From the human T2T-CHM13v2.0 reference genome, Homo sapiens, in the NCBI RefSeq assembly GCF_009914755.1, contig NC_060927.1: 64,000 nucleotides of DNA, one strand, 5' to 3'. The translations under genes were made by a program, and so were the position numbers. Of this stretch, positions 41,483-58,992 are shown piece after piece. The notes beneath the pieces are model-generated. The model made no database searches. It had not been told where the DNA came from and saw nothing but the letters and a program-made list of their open reading frames with translations. How positions within the stretch are numbered: position 1 is the stretch's first letter; the number at the start of each line of letters is the position of its first letter.

Positions 41483-42221
41483 CTAGAGGATCACGTTCTA
41501 GTGGGATAGAAGTCTGTATAGGGTTCAAGAGATACACAATGGAAGTTAGCTGGAGTCAGAAACACTTTGCATCGATGTTTACCCTGGGGCTAGAGAAATG
41601 AGTTGGAGTCTGCCAGAGGACCAAGAGGGCTGGAGATGAATGAATGGTGCCACAGAGCAACCCAGCACACCCCAGCACATTTCAGCTTGTAGATGTTCAG
41701 TAAACATTTTTTGGTTGGTCATGGGTTGTAGGGAGCAGGCTCACTAGGCTGCCCCTATAGATGGCTACTTCTGAGACCCAACCTGCAGCTTCACTTCATG
41801 GGAATAGCCAGAATCTGGGAGTCAGACACCTGACTTCAGATCTGGTTCCAGCACTGAGTTGGTGAAGCTGTGGAGGAAAAGTCATGCCTGCCTATTGCTG
41901 ATGGGAGGGGAAATTGGGTCCCACTCCATGGAGGACTGTTTGGCAATAGCTATCGGAATTTGAAGTGTATGCATTTTTTATTCCAGCAATTCCACTTTTA
42001 TGAATTTATCTTACAAATATTTACACATGTGGCAGAAGATACAGATTACAGGCACATTCACTGCAATGTAAGGGACTGATTAAGTCCCGCTGGAATGCTA
42101 TGCAACTTTATGTGTTGACACGAAACGCCCCCCAGGTTGGAGTGCCAAGTGAATGAGCAAGGACCTTGTACTATGTACACACTGCACACATTGGGTGAGC
42201 TTGAAGGCACCTGTGTCTCTG

Positions 42222-45200
42222 GAAGAATAATTGGTGTGCCTGAGGAAGAAAGGGAATCTAAAACTTATCTGAAAACGTATCTGAGGGAATAATTGAGGAA
42301 AATTTCTCCAGTCTTGCTAGTGATCTAGAAATCCAAATACAAGAAGCTCAAAGAACACCTGGAAAATTCATCACAAAAAGATCATCATCTAGGCACCTAG
42401 TCATCAAGTTACCTAAAGTCAAGATGAAGGAAAGACTCTTAAGAGCTGTGAGGCGAAAACCTCAGCTTCTCCTTTATAGGTAATCTATAATGAAAACCTA
42501 TCAGATTAACAGCAGAATTCTCAGCAGAAACCCTGCAAGTCAGAAGATGTTGGGGTCCTATCTTTTGCCTCCTTAAAATAATTATCACCCTAGAGCGTTG
42601 GATCCAATCCAACTAAGCTTCATTAATAAAGGAAGATAAAGTATTTTTCAGGTAAACAAATGCTGAGAGAATTCACCACTACCAAGCCAGCACTACAAGA
42701 ACTGCTAAAAAGAAGTCCTAAATTGTGAAATAAAACCTCAAAATATACCAAAATAGAACCTACTTAAAGTGAAAATCTCACAGGACCTATAAAACAATAA
42801 CACAATGAAAAAAAAGGTATTCAGGCAACAACTAGCATGATGAATAGAACAGTACCTCACATCTCAATACTAACATTGAATGTAAATGGCCTAAATGCTT
42901 CACTTAAAAGAAATAGAATGACAGATAGATAAAAATCCACCAAACTCACATAAACTTAAGGTAAAGTGAGGGGGAGGGAAGACATTCCATGCAAATGGAA
43001 ACCAAAAGCAAGCAATAGTAGCTATTCTTATATCAGTCAAAACAGACTTAAAACCAACAACAGTTAAAAAAGACAAAGAGAAACATTATGTAATGATAAA
43101 AGTATTAGTCCAACAGGAAAATATCACAATCCTAGATATATATGCACCTAACACTGGAGCTCCCAAATTTATAAGACAATTACTACTAGACCTGAGAAAT
43201 GAGATTGATGGCAACACAATAGTCGTAGGGGAAGTCAGTACTCTTCTGACAGTACTAAACAGGTCATCAAGATAGAAAGTCAACAAAGAAACATTAGACT
43301 TAAACTGTACCCTAGAACAAATGGACCTTACAGATATTTACAGAACATTCTACCCAAAAACTGCAGAATATACATTCTTTTCATCAGCTCATGGAACATT
43401 CTCCAAGATAGACTATATGATAGGCCACAAAATAAGTTTCAATAAATTTAAGAAAATCAAAATTGTATCAAGTACTCCGTCAGACCACAGTGGAATAAAA
43501 TTGGAAATTAAAAGTTAAAAGGAACTGCCAAAACTACACAAATACATGGAAATTAAATAATCTGCTCCCAAATGATCCTTGGGTTAACTATAAAATCAAG
43601 AGGGAAATTTAGCAATTCTTTGAACTGAATGACAATAGTAACACAACTGATCAAAACCTCTGGGATACAGCAAAAGCGGTGCTAAGAGGAAAGTTCATAG
43701 CATTAAACCCCTACATCAAAAAGTCTGAAACAGCACAAATAGACACCTAAGGCCACACCTCAAGGAACCAGAGAAACAAGAACAAATCAAACCTGAACCA
43801 AGCAGAAGGAAAGAAATACAAAGATCAGAGCAGAACTAAATAAAACTGAAACAAACAAAAAAAAAATACAAAAGCTAAATGAAACAAAAAGTTGGTTCTT
43901 TGAAAAGATAAGCAAAATCGATAGACCATTAGCAAGATTAACCAAGAAAAGAAGAGAGAAGTTCCAAGTAAGCTCAATTAGAAATGAAATGGGAGATACT
44001 ATAAATGATGCCACAGAAATGCAAAAGATTATTCAAGGCTACTATAAGCAAACTTATGTGCACAAACTAGAAAACCTAGAGGAGATGGATAAATTCCTAG
44101 AAATGTACCACCCTCCTAGATTAAACCAGGAAGAAATAGAAACTCTGAACAGACCAATAACAAGCAGCAAGATTAAAATGGTAATTTTAAAAATTGCCAA
44201 CAAAAAAAAAAAGTCTAGGACCAGATGGATTGACAGCTTGAATTCTATCAGGCATTCAAAGAAGAATTGGCACCAATCCTACTGACACTATTCCAAAAGA
44301 TAGAGAAAGAAGGAATCCTCCCTAAATCATTCTATGAAGCTAGTATTACCCTAGCTTCATACCAAAACCAGGAAATGACGTAATGAAAAAAGAAAACTAC
44401 TGATCAATATCCCTCATGAATGTGGATGCAAAAATCCTCAACAAAACACTAGGTAACCGAATTCAACAGGATATCAAAAAGGTAATGCACCATAATCAAG
44501 TGGATTTCATACCAGGGAGGCAGGGCTGATTTAACATATGTAAGTCAATAAATGTGATATACCACATAAACAGAAGTAAAAACAAAAATCATATAATCAT
44601 CTCAATAGATTCAGAAAAAGTATTTGACAAAATCCAGTTTCCATTTATGATTAAAACCCTTAGCAAAATCAGCATAGAAGGGACATACCATAAGGTAATC
44701 AAAGCCGTCTATGACAACCCCACAGCTAACATTATACTGAAAAGGGGAAAGTTGAAAGCATTTTCTCTGAGAACTGGAACAAGACAAGGATGCCCACTTT
44801 CACACTTCTATTCAGCATATTACTGGAAGTTCTAGCCAGAGCAGTCAGACAAGAGAAAGAAACAAAGGCCATCCAAATTAGTAATGAAGAAGTCAAACTG
44901 TCGCTGTTTGCCCATGATATGATCACATACCTAGAAAACTCTAAAGACTCATCCAAAAAGCTCCTAGATCTGATAAAGGAATTCAGTAAAGTTTCAGGAT
45001 ACAAAATCAATGTACAAAAATCAGTAGCACTGCTATACACCAACAGCAACCAAGCTGAGAATCAAATCAAAACCTCAACCCCTTTTATAACAGCTGCAAA
45101 AAATAATATTATAAAATACTTAGGAATATACCTAATCAAAGAGGTGAAAGATCTCTACAGGGAAAACTACCAAACACTGCTGAACGAAATCATAGATGAC

Positions 45201-46878
45201 ACAAACAAATAGAAACACATCCCATGCTCACGGACAGGTAGAATCAATGTTATGAAAATGACCATACTGCCTAAAGCAATCTATAAATTCAATGCAATTC
45301 TCATCAAAATGTCATCATCATTCTTCACAGAACTAGAAAAAAAATCCTATAATTCATATGGAACCAAAAAAGAGCCCACAAAGCCAAAGCAAGACTAAAC
45401 AAAAAGAACAAATCTGGAGGCCTCATATTACCCAACTTCAAACTATACTACAAGGCTATAGTTACCAAAACAGCGTGGTACTGGTATAAAAATAGGCACA
45501 GGCAGATAGACCAATGGAACAGAATAGAGAACCCAGAAATAAAGCCAAATACTTACAACCAACTGATCTTTGACAAAGCAAACAAAAACATAAAGTGGGG
45601 AAAGGACACCCTTTCCAACGAATGGTACTGGGATAATTGTCAAACCACATGTAGAAGAATGAAACTGAATCCTCATCTCTCACCTTAGACAAAAATCATC
45701 TCAAGATGGATAAAAGACTTAAATCTAAGACCTGAAACCATGAAAAGTCTAGAAGATAACATCAGAAGAACTCTCCTAGACATTGGCCTAAGCAAAGAGT
45801 TCATGTCCAAGAACCCAAAAGCAAATGCAACAAAAACAAAGATAAATAGATGGGACTGAATTAAACTAAAAAGCTTCTGCATAGCAAAAGTAATAATCAG
45901 CAGAGTAAACAGACAACCCACAGAGTGGGAGAAAATCTTTGCAAACTGTGCATCTGACAAAATGGTGAATATCCAGAATTTACAAGGAACTTAAATCAGC
46001 AAGAAAAGAACAAATAATCCCATCAAAAAGCGGGCTAAGGACATGAGTAGACAATTCTGAAAAGAAGATACACAAGTGGACAACAAACATATGAAAAAAT
46101 GCCCAACATCACTAATTATCAGGGAAATGCAAATCAAAACCACAATGCAATATCATCTTACTCCTGCAAGAATGGCCATAATTAAAAAATCAAAAAATAA
46201 TAGATAATAATAATAGATGTTGGCAGGGATGTGGTGAAAAGAGAATATTTTTACACTGCTGCTGGGCATGTAAACTAGTACAACCACTATAGAAAACAGT
46301 ATGGAGATTCCTTAAAGAACCAAAAGTAGAACTACCATTTGATTCAGCAATCCCACTACTGGGTATCTACCCAGAGGAAAAGAAGTCGTTACAATGAAAA
46401 AGGCACCTGCACATGCATCTTTACAGCAGCGCAATTCACAATTGCAAAAATATGGAACCAAAGTAAATGTCCGTCAACTAACGAGTGGATAAAGAAAATG
46501 TGATATACATATACCATGGAATTCTACTCAGCCACAAAAAGGAACAAAATAATGTCATTCCCAGCAACCTGGATGGAGTTGGAGACCATTATTCCAAGTG
46601 AAGTAACTCAGGAGTGGAAAACCAAACATCCTATGGTCTCACCTATAAGTGGAAGCTATGCTGTGAGGATATAAAGGCATCAGAATGACATAATGGACTC
46701 TGGAGACTTAGACGGAAGGGTGGGAAAGAGACAAGGGATTAAAGACTACACGCTGGGTGCAGTGTACACTGCTTAGGTGATGGGGGTACCAAAATCTCAG
46801 AAATCACACCTAAGGAACTTATCCATGTAACCAAACACCACGTGTTCCCCAAAAACTATTGAAATAATAAAATAAAAT
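42222..46878 (+). mobile_element. L1PB (L1PB1-like), 5'-truncated in ORF1, ORF2 inactivated
   Basis: Colinear fragments of EN (DIYAPNTGAP, FFSSAHGTFSKIDY), RT ([21 protein letters not shown]) and C-terminus. L1PB 3'UTR (CAGTGTACACTGCT...CCAAAATCTCAGAAATCAC) and A-rich tail. Confidence 0.9.
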
Positions 46879-46959
46879 GATGCACATGAAGAATTTAGCA
46901 AATAATGTAAACTCAACAAACTCTGTTATTATGGTTACCTAAACTCTGTTAGACCCACC

Positions 46960-47117
46960 TTCGCCTTAGTGATATTAAGTTCACAACTTGAACTTGGCCA
47001 CGGAGAGTATTTACACCAAGGAAACTGGAAATTGATGCTATTATATCAGGCATGTTGTGCCTGTTTTGATTCTTCCTCCAGAAAGCTGGTTGTTAACATT
47101 TACCAGCACACCATTGC
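46960..47117 (+). mobile_element. MER63-like fragment
   Basis: GAGTATTTACACC...GGTTGTTAACATTTACCAGCACACCATTG matches the right half of 32835-33032. Confidence 0.65.
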
Positions 47118-48932
47118 AGAGTACCTATAGGCCATGAATGTACAGGGAAGATGTTTGCATTTCTTTCATCTTAAGTCTTCAAGGACAAATGGATCTGACA
47201 ACAGCAACAAATACTGTATCTGAGTTTATATAAATCTTTGGTTTCAGCAGAAATAGCTTTTACTTGAATATCTGCTCTTCCCACTAGCAGCTGGGGCCTG
47301 ATTCCCTAGTTGTAGGGGTATTCCTGCACATGCAAGATGCACCCCTCACATGCCCCCCGCAGCCCAATCCTTCACAAAGAGAGGTCCTGACCTTGGCTGG
47401 GCTATGTTTCAAGTCACACAAACAGTTCAAACCACACGGCTCTGCCTGCAGTTGAGGCATCTTGAACCCAATTTGCACTTCCCTTTTCTAGACTTTTAGT
47501 CTTATTCCTGTCTTCCTTTTCCCTCTGTGGGTTATTCTGCGGGGTGGGCTATTTTGTTTTGCTTAAGCCTTCATTTTTGAGCTTGCTTTCCTCCAAGAAC
47601 CCCTGGCAGGTTTCCGGTTGTTGAAATGCACATTCACTTCTTCCAAAGGATCATCCTGTGTTCTTTTGCCCCTTGCAAAGCAGACCTACCCAAGACCACT
47701 GAAGACAAAGAAGGGGGTCCATGAAGGAGTGTGTCTGGGCCCCTGACTGGCCGCCACCCCTCACTTAGCTCTGCCTGCCTTTCCTCTTCCCGTGTGCCCC
47801 CTAGTCCCTCCCCAGCCCCTCTCTTGCCACTGCTGTCCACACAATTTCCCACAGGCTTCCTCCACACAAACTGGCACTGAAGATTCCCCCTGAGGACTGG
47901 GCAGGAGCCCTGAAGGTCAGATAGGCAGGCCTCCCAGGCTGTCCCACTCTCTAGGACAATAAGGCGTGACACTCTCCACATCAAAGGACCCATGTCTGAA
48001 TTCCTGTTTCAGAGCAGTGAGACAGAGGAAGCAGGACCATGTATCATGCCACACCACCAATCCATATCAACACAGCAGCCACAGAGTATGGCACACCTAG
48101 GGCATTCCTGGATGGCCATGGTGGAGGTGGGGAGATGGGGGTTTCATGGGGATAGATGAACTTCTAGCTAGACTGGGCAAGTGATGGGTCCAGTATGATA
48201 ATCTGGAGAAGTTACAGGGGCTGACAGGCAGCCTGGTTGCGTTACTTTCTCTTATTTAATTTGTCGCCCTCTTGCTGCTGCCTTGCCTCTGAAGCTACCT
48301 ATCAGGAAGCCCTAGGATTCTTCTTGAAGGGTACTGCCAGGCTAGTAGAGAACTCAGGAGAAAAACCTCCAGAGTCCCTTAATCTTTCAGGGCCCCGCCC
48401 CACAGATCTAGTGCCCTAGGTCCTGGGCTCTAACTTCAGACATCATGCATGGCCAGGCATGCTGCGCTCCTCACCTTGTTCAAGCAACAGACAATGGCAG
48501 CACCTTGCCACAGGCAGCAAGTCCTCCAGCACACCAGACCTGGCACAGCCCTCAGATGCCAGCCATGCCACCTTGGGCATTTTTATTTACCGCTTGTCAG
48601 AACCTCAGCTTCCCCACGTTTAAAATAGTGAGAGTAATATTTCTTTCTCAGGATTGTTGCAATAATTAAATATGATTCAATATGTGTCTGGCACTTGGTA
48701 AATGTTCAGCCGATGGGAGCTACGTGGCTATTTATTTCCTCATCCTATGCCTCAGTCAAACTGGTAAACATCTGTTGAATGTCTCCTATGTGCAAGAAAA
48801 TTGTCAAGAAACCCTTCATGCTAAAAAGGGGAAGGAGAAAGTATATTAAGGAAGTGCTCTAAAAACTCCCTGTCCAGGTCCAGCCCAAGTTAACACTTAC
48901 AGTCTTGCATGCCAAGTTTTAAAACTCTTTTG

Positions 48933-49276
<344 letters not shown>

Positions 49277-49879
49277 TCATGTTATCTGTATTACATCTTT
49301 TCTCTCCAGCTAAATTGTAAGCTTCTCAGCTGCTGGGCCCATGCCCAATCCTTTTTCATATGTTTTCCACAGTACCCAGCACTGAGATGCATATATATAA
49401 GAGGTGGTCAGTGTAAGGACTTGCTGATTAAAGTTGATGCTTGTGTGTGTGCATGCATGTTGTGTACATGCATGCAGGTGTGTGTGTGCATGTATGTATG
49501 TGTGACTATTGATAAGTACAGTTTGACCTCTTTTATTCAGAGTGACATTATCACGTGTCACTTGTATCAATCTGTTTTCCCTTTCAGCCTGCCTCAGTTT
49601 CAGGAAGCAAGAATTCTTTTGGCTCCTGACAAAGAAGGGAGAGAGACATTTTAGATCCCATGGCTTGCCTGAAACTTGGCCACGGACAGGGTGCTGGTGC
49701 AGGTATGGGACATGGATAGAGGTACTAGAGGACAGTGGATGACTTGAGCAGGTTCAGAAACATAAGCCCAGAGGTGTCGGTAAATAGAGTCTCCATCGGG
49801 TGTGATCAGGGTGTGCCAGGAGCTGGGTAGAAAGCAGCATGAGTGCCCACAGCCAGAAACAGCTCAGGGAGAGCTCTTT

Positions 49880-51200
<1,321 letters not shown>

Positions 51201-51299
51201 TACCATCTCAATCTTTAAATCTTTGAACATTTTTTAGGTAAATTGTCCATGGCATGGTGGCACCTGCCTGTAATCCCAGCTACTCGGGATTACCCAGCT

Positions 51300-53860
<2,561 letters not shown>

Positions 53861-55639
53861 GCCCCTTCCTAGTCAACATACCTAGAGAAGATTTGTATGA
53901 CCAAACCTTGACAATAGGAAGATAACATCCCACACTATACAGCAAGCCTTCCTGAAAATCCCTGTTTAACATTTCTGTCTTTCCTTCCCAAACTCTTTCC
54001 CACCTACTGCCCAGTTTGTGGTCTTTTTTTTTTTTCTTCCTCACAGTCCCACACAGCCTTTCCAATCTCACTGGGGACACCCTGGTCTTTCTTCCTAGAT
54101 CTTACATTGTACGCACACCCCCTCCCACTCTCTCTATCCCTGTTGTTACAAAGAGAAATTTTTTTCTCTCTAATTTTAAAATTTGCCTCTTCACCCATCA
54201 TCTTATAAGAATTTTATCTGAGTCACCCTTCTGTGAATGCAGAGGCTATAGTAAATAGCGAGTAACTTTCCCTATCTCTTAGTGCTGAATTTGACCCCAC
54301 CCTTGTATCTGTGGTGCACATGTCTTCCTGGCCATCTGCCCTGAGGTCTAAGTTGTGAAATCCATCTCCTCTAATCCTTCTATGATCTTTTAATGATATG
54401 ACATAATCTTCACGTTCTTGGTACCCAGACTTATTTTGAAATCTGCTGGTGATATTCAAGGCTCTCATGGAAGGAAAAAATAAAACAAACTACAATTGGT
54501 TTGTTCTGCCCAATGTTAACAGCACAGGCTTAGGAATTAAAAATACCTGTGTACAAATCTATTCTCTGCCATTTGATAACTGTACAAACATGGTGGGTCA
54601 TATAATCTTGCGTTGCCTTAATCCTCATCTGTAAACTGGATATCTACAGACTTGTGAGGATACATGTGATGATGCATGATAAAACACTTGGCATGTGCCT
54701 GCTCATCAGATGATAGTTATTCTTTTCATCTGTTCTTTCTCATGTTACATCTGCTATGTGTATTCTTACCATGTGTGTGTCATTTGGTTGTTGTGCTTGC
54801 TATTATCAAAAATGATAATGTTATGTGTCAATGTCTCTTTCTTCTTCCTCTTTCTAGCTTTTCCTTTCCTGCTCAGCTAGCTATATGCATATGTGAGAGC
54901 TTTGATAGCTTGTGGGCACATAGGTAGACTGTATTTCCAGTCTCTCTTGCATGTGCGTGTGGTCATATCACTGAGTTGCAGCCAATGGGATATAGATAGA
55001 AGTGATATGAGCGATTTCCAGGCCAGCCCATAAAGCCCTTTCATGAACATTCTTTCATACTGTCTCCTTCCTTTGGGTGGTGCAGTTGTATATGTTGTGA
55101 TCTCAGATGCTAACTCTTGTGATATCAGAATCACAATATGAAAGGTGCCTAGGAGCCTGTATTAATGTTTATCAATCCTGATTAGCTTTACATGATCAAT
55201 GAATACACTCCTAAGTGTTTAAGTCCACTGTACATTTCAGAGTTTGTTTTTTATATCATTTTCTTAACAAATATAGAAATTGGTACCTTGAAGTGGGATG
55301 CTGACATACAAAAACCTAAAATGTATAGCATTGATGATATAAATTGCCTTAAATATTCAGGCTGTGGGTTGCAAAGAAACTGAACTTAAGGACTGGAAAG
55401 CCATGGTTGTCTGGAGTTGGGGGTGGAGGGCAGGAAGGACTGCAAAGGGACACAAAGAATCTCTGGTTGGGGGAGGTGACAGAAATATTTTGAATCTTGA
55501 TTATGGGAGTTATTTAACAGATGTGTACAGCTGTCAAGATTCCTCAAATCACGGACATTAAATTGATGTAGTTTATTATACATACATTATATTGCAATAA
55601 GTTGTTTAAAACAACAACAGATCCCATACATGGTAAACT

Positions 55640-56050
55640 CCTTATCTTAGATCATGATCCTGGATGCTGAGGTGAAGATTCGTGTGCAAGGAATATATTA
55701 AGGAAATGTGCTGAGAAAAAAAAACAGCATAGGAGTCAGAGAAGCAGGACAGAGAGGGAGGAGGCCAAGTAAGAGCGTGGTCCCAGGCAGAGCCCTTAGG
55801 GTAGCCCTTATCCCATGAGTGGACGCTGGACTCAGGAGCATTAGGTTATGCCTCAGAGTCTATTCTGACACAAGACAAGGAAGTTGGAGAGATTCCTTCT
55901 GGCTCTGTGGGCAAAACCACTCCAGTAGTCAGAGGGCAGGTCTTGATAGAATCATAGGTGCAAGCAGCTGGAAGCAAAAAACATGGAAACAGAAAGGGGT
56001 GCATAGGAAAGGTAAGAAGGACTCCACAGGGTCCAGCAGAGCCCCACCAA
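55640..56050. mobile_element. MLT1-type LTR remnant
   Basis: GATGCTGAGGTGAAGATTCGTGTGCAAG...GAAGCAGGACAG motifs. A related remnant lies at ~58080-58520. Confidence 0.5.
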
Positions 56051-56695
56051 TATCCATGACACTCTCCTTCTATAAGGAGGACTCATTCTTTTCTGTAATG
56101 AAGTCACAATATGCAAGTTTTCTTCAGATTTTCTTTATTAAAGAGAAGTGTAGAATTAAAGCAGAGGTGTCCTGACATAAAATTCAACTCCTGAATTTTG
56201 GACATGGGCCTCTGGAGTGGAATGGAAAGCCTGGAGTGAACAGAAATACTCCACCACCCACCCCTCAGGCCACCTGGTCCTATGTAACCCCTCATGCCAC
56301 ATCAACGGACCTCCAGGAAGGCAGCAGGCAGAGTGGTTAGGGCTGGGTACTAATCTGATAGAGCTGGATTCCAGGACAAGCCCCACCATTTTTTGCTTGT
56401 GTGATCTTGGGCCCGTTGCTTAACAAACTCACCTCAGTGCCTCCTCTGTGAACTGGTAAAAAGAAATGCACTCATCTCCCAGGGTCACTGAAGAGTTTGA
56501 ACAAGACAGGGTACCTAAAGCCCTTAGCAGAGGGCCCAGCCCCCTCTGACGATGTAAATGCAGCCCCTCCATCTACCTCCTCGCCCCGTCCTCCGGATCA
56601 CTGTCCTAGTTCATGAGCCTGGGTGCATTAAAGTCATCTTTATCGGTGTTAAGGACCGAGGCACTTTTCCTCCACCCTCCACACTGGCCCTCTGA

Positions 56696-57084
<389 letters not shown>

Positions 57085-57359
57085 CAGATTTTGACAAGTT
57101 TTAAAAGTGCCCAGATTAATCTTGTGGATGAGATGCAAAACAGCACTCCATATGGAAATGGGCTGTGCACCCCTCCCTACATGACTTTCTGAGAATCCTG
57201 ATCGCCACTGCAGTTTATAGAAGGCTCCAAAACACTTTATTACTCAGGTGTGAACAAAGCAGAGATTACATCTTCCCACAATAAGAAATATTTCTGGTTG
57301 TTACTTGTAGGAAAAGGAGCGGTTAGCTTCAATATCTATTATCTATCTATCTGTATTAG

Positions 57360-57668
57360 TCAACGAGCACAAAGTTTCAGTTACAGAAGATGAATAAGTC
57401 CTAGAGATGTACTGAACAGCATGGTGCCTCTAGCTAACAACACTGCATCGTATACTTAAAAATGTGCCAAGAGGGTAGATCTTACGTTAAAGTAATAATC
57501 TTGATAAATAGGACAGGAGGAAACTTTTGAAGTGATAGTTGTGTTTATGGTATAGATTATGATGAGGGTTTCACAGGGGTATATTTCTCTCCAAACTCAT
57601 CAAGTTGTATAGATTAAATATGCACAGCTTTTTGTATATTATACTTCAATAAAGTGGTTTTTAAAAAA
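57360..57668 (+). mobile_element. L1MA/MB 3'UTR fragment
   Basis: AAAGTTTCAGTTA...GAATAAGTCCTAGAGAT...AAGAGGGTAGATCTTA, ending CTTCAATAAAG. Confidence 0.7.
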
Positions 57669-58697
57669 GATCCATTATTCATCCACCCCTCTTATCTTGT
57701 TTCAGGAGAAACAAGATCTATTGATCTATCCCATCTCTTTCCCTGCCCCAATGTCTCTCTTGCATTTCCAGGGGCCCATGTGACAGTGTGAGGTACCATG
57801 GAAATAAGAACTTCACATATTTTACTTGGGTAACATTATATGAATTTGTTCCTGTTTATTGGAAGTGCATTGTTTTTGCATTTAATTAGGAAGTATTTTC
57901 CATATCCTGGGGAGAAAAATGTATTTTCTGCATAATTTCTAAATCATTGTTCAATTTTTTTCTTCATCGTCATATTTATTTACTGAGTTTGATACTAGAT
58001 TTTTGATGTTCTTATAAAAAAATGAAAATGAGCAAAATGAAACACACAGAATGGTTAGAGGAACAAGCAACAACACAATCCCTCACAGGAATGCCCTGAA
58101 GGAATATGTTGAAGCTAATTTGAACATGAAGGTTACGTCTGTCCAGATCTCTAAAAGCAGCCACCAAGCAGGTTTTACACAGGGAAAGATTTTGTTGGAA
58201 AAGCACCTGGGAGGGAAAGTGGGCTGGAGCAGGAAGGGCTGGGAAAGCCGGCAGAACCCCAGTGAGGTAGCAGGGGAACCAAGCGGTAGTAGACGCATCC
58301 TAGACTGTTCTGCAGCCTGAGGAAGGTTTGGCATAGCCACGTGGGGGTCCTTAAGCTAATGTCAGTGCATCTCTAGGGATTGGGCCTGCCTCAGTATCCC
58401 TGTGTGCTCAGTCATTGGAAGCACAACATTGATTTCAGAGCCTGCAGAGGGGTCTTAGGCTTTCTGGAGTGGGAGGGGCATGTTCATGGCTGCACCGGTG
58501 GTTTGCCCCATCCTTGGTGCCATTCTGGATGTGATGTTGCACTGATGGTAAATATCAAGGCCCAGATCAATGCTAGACTCTTGTTCACCTGTTATCTTGA
58601 AATCACAGGTGGCCCACCACCTCCCCCAATAGCACAGCTTCCACGTTCTCACTCCTGTCTCTTTTGTAGAATAGGCTATCTATCAGGGGAATAATCC

Positions 58698-58992
<295 letters not shown>

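Noticed and set aside
43093-45212. EN/RT-like ORFs
   Set aside because: Frameshifted pieces of the L1PB ORF2, and the catalytic FADD motif reads FAHD. Not an active or novel reverse transcriptase.
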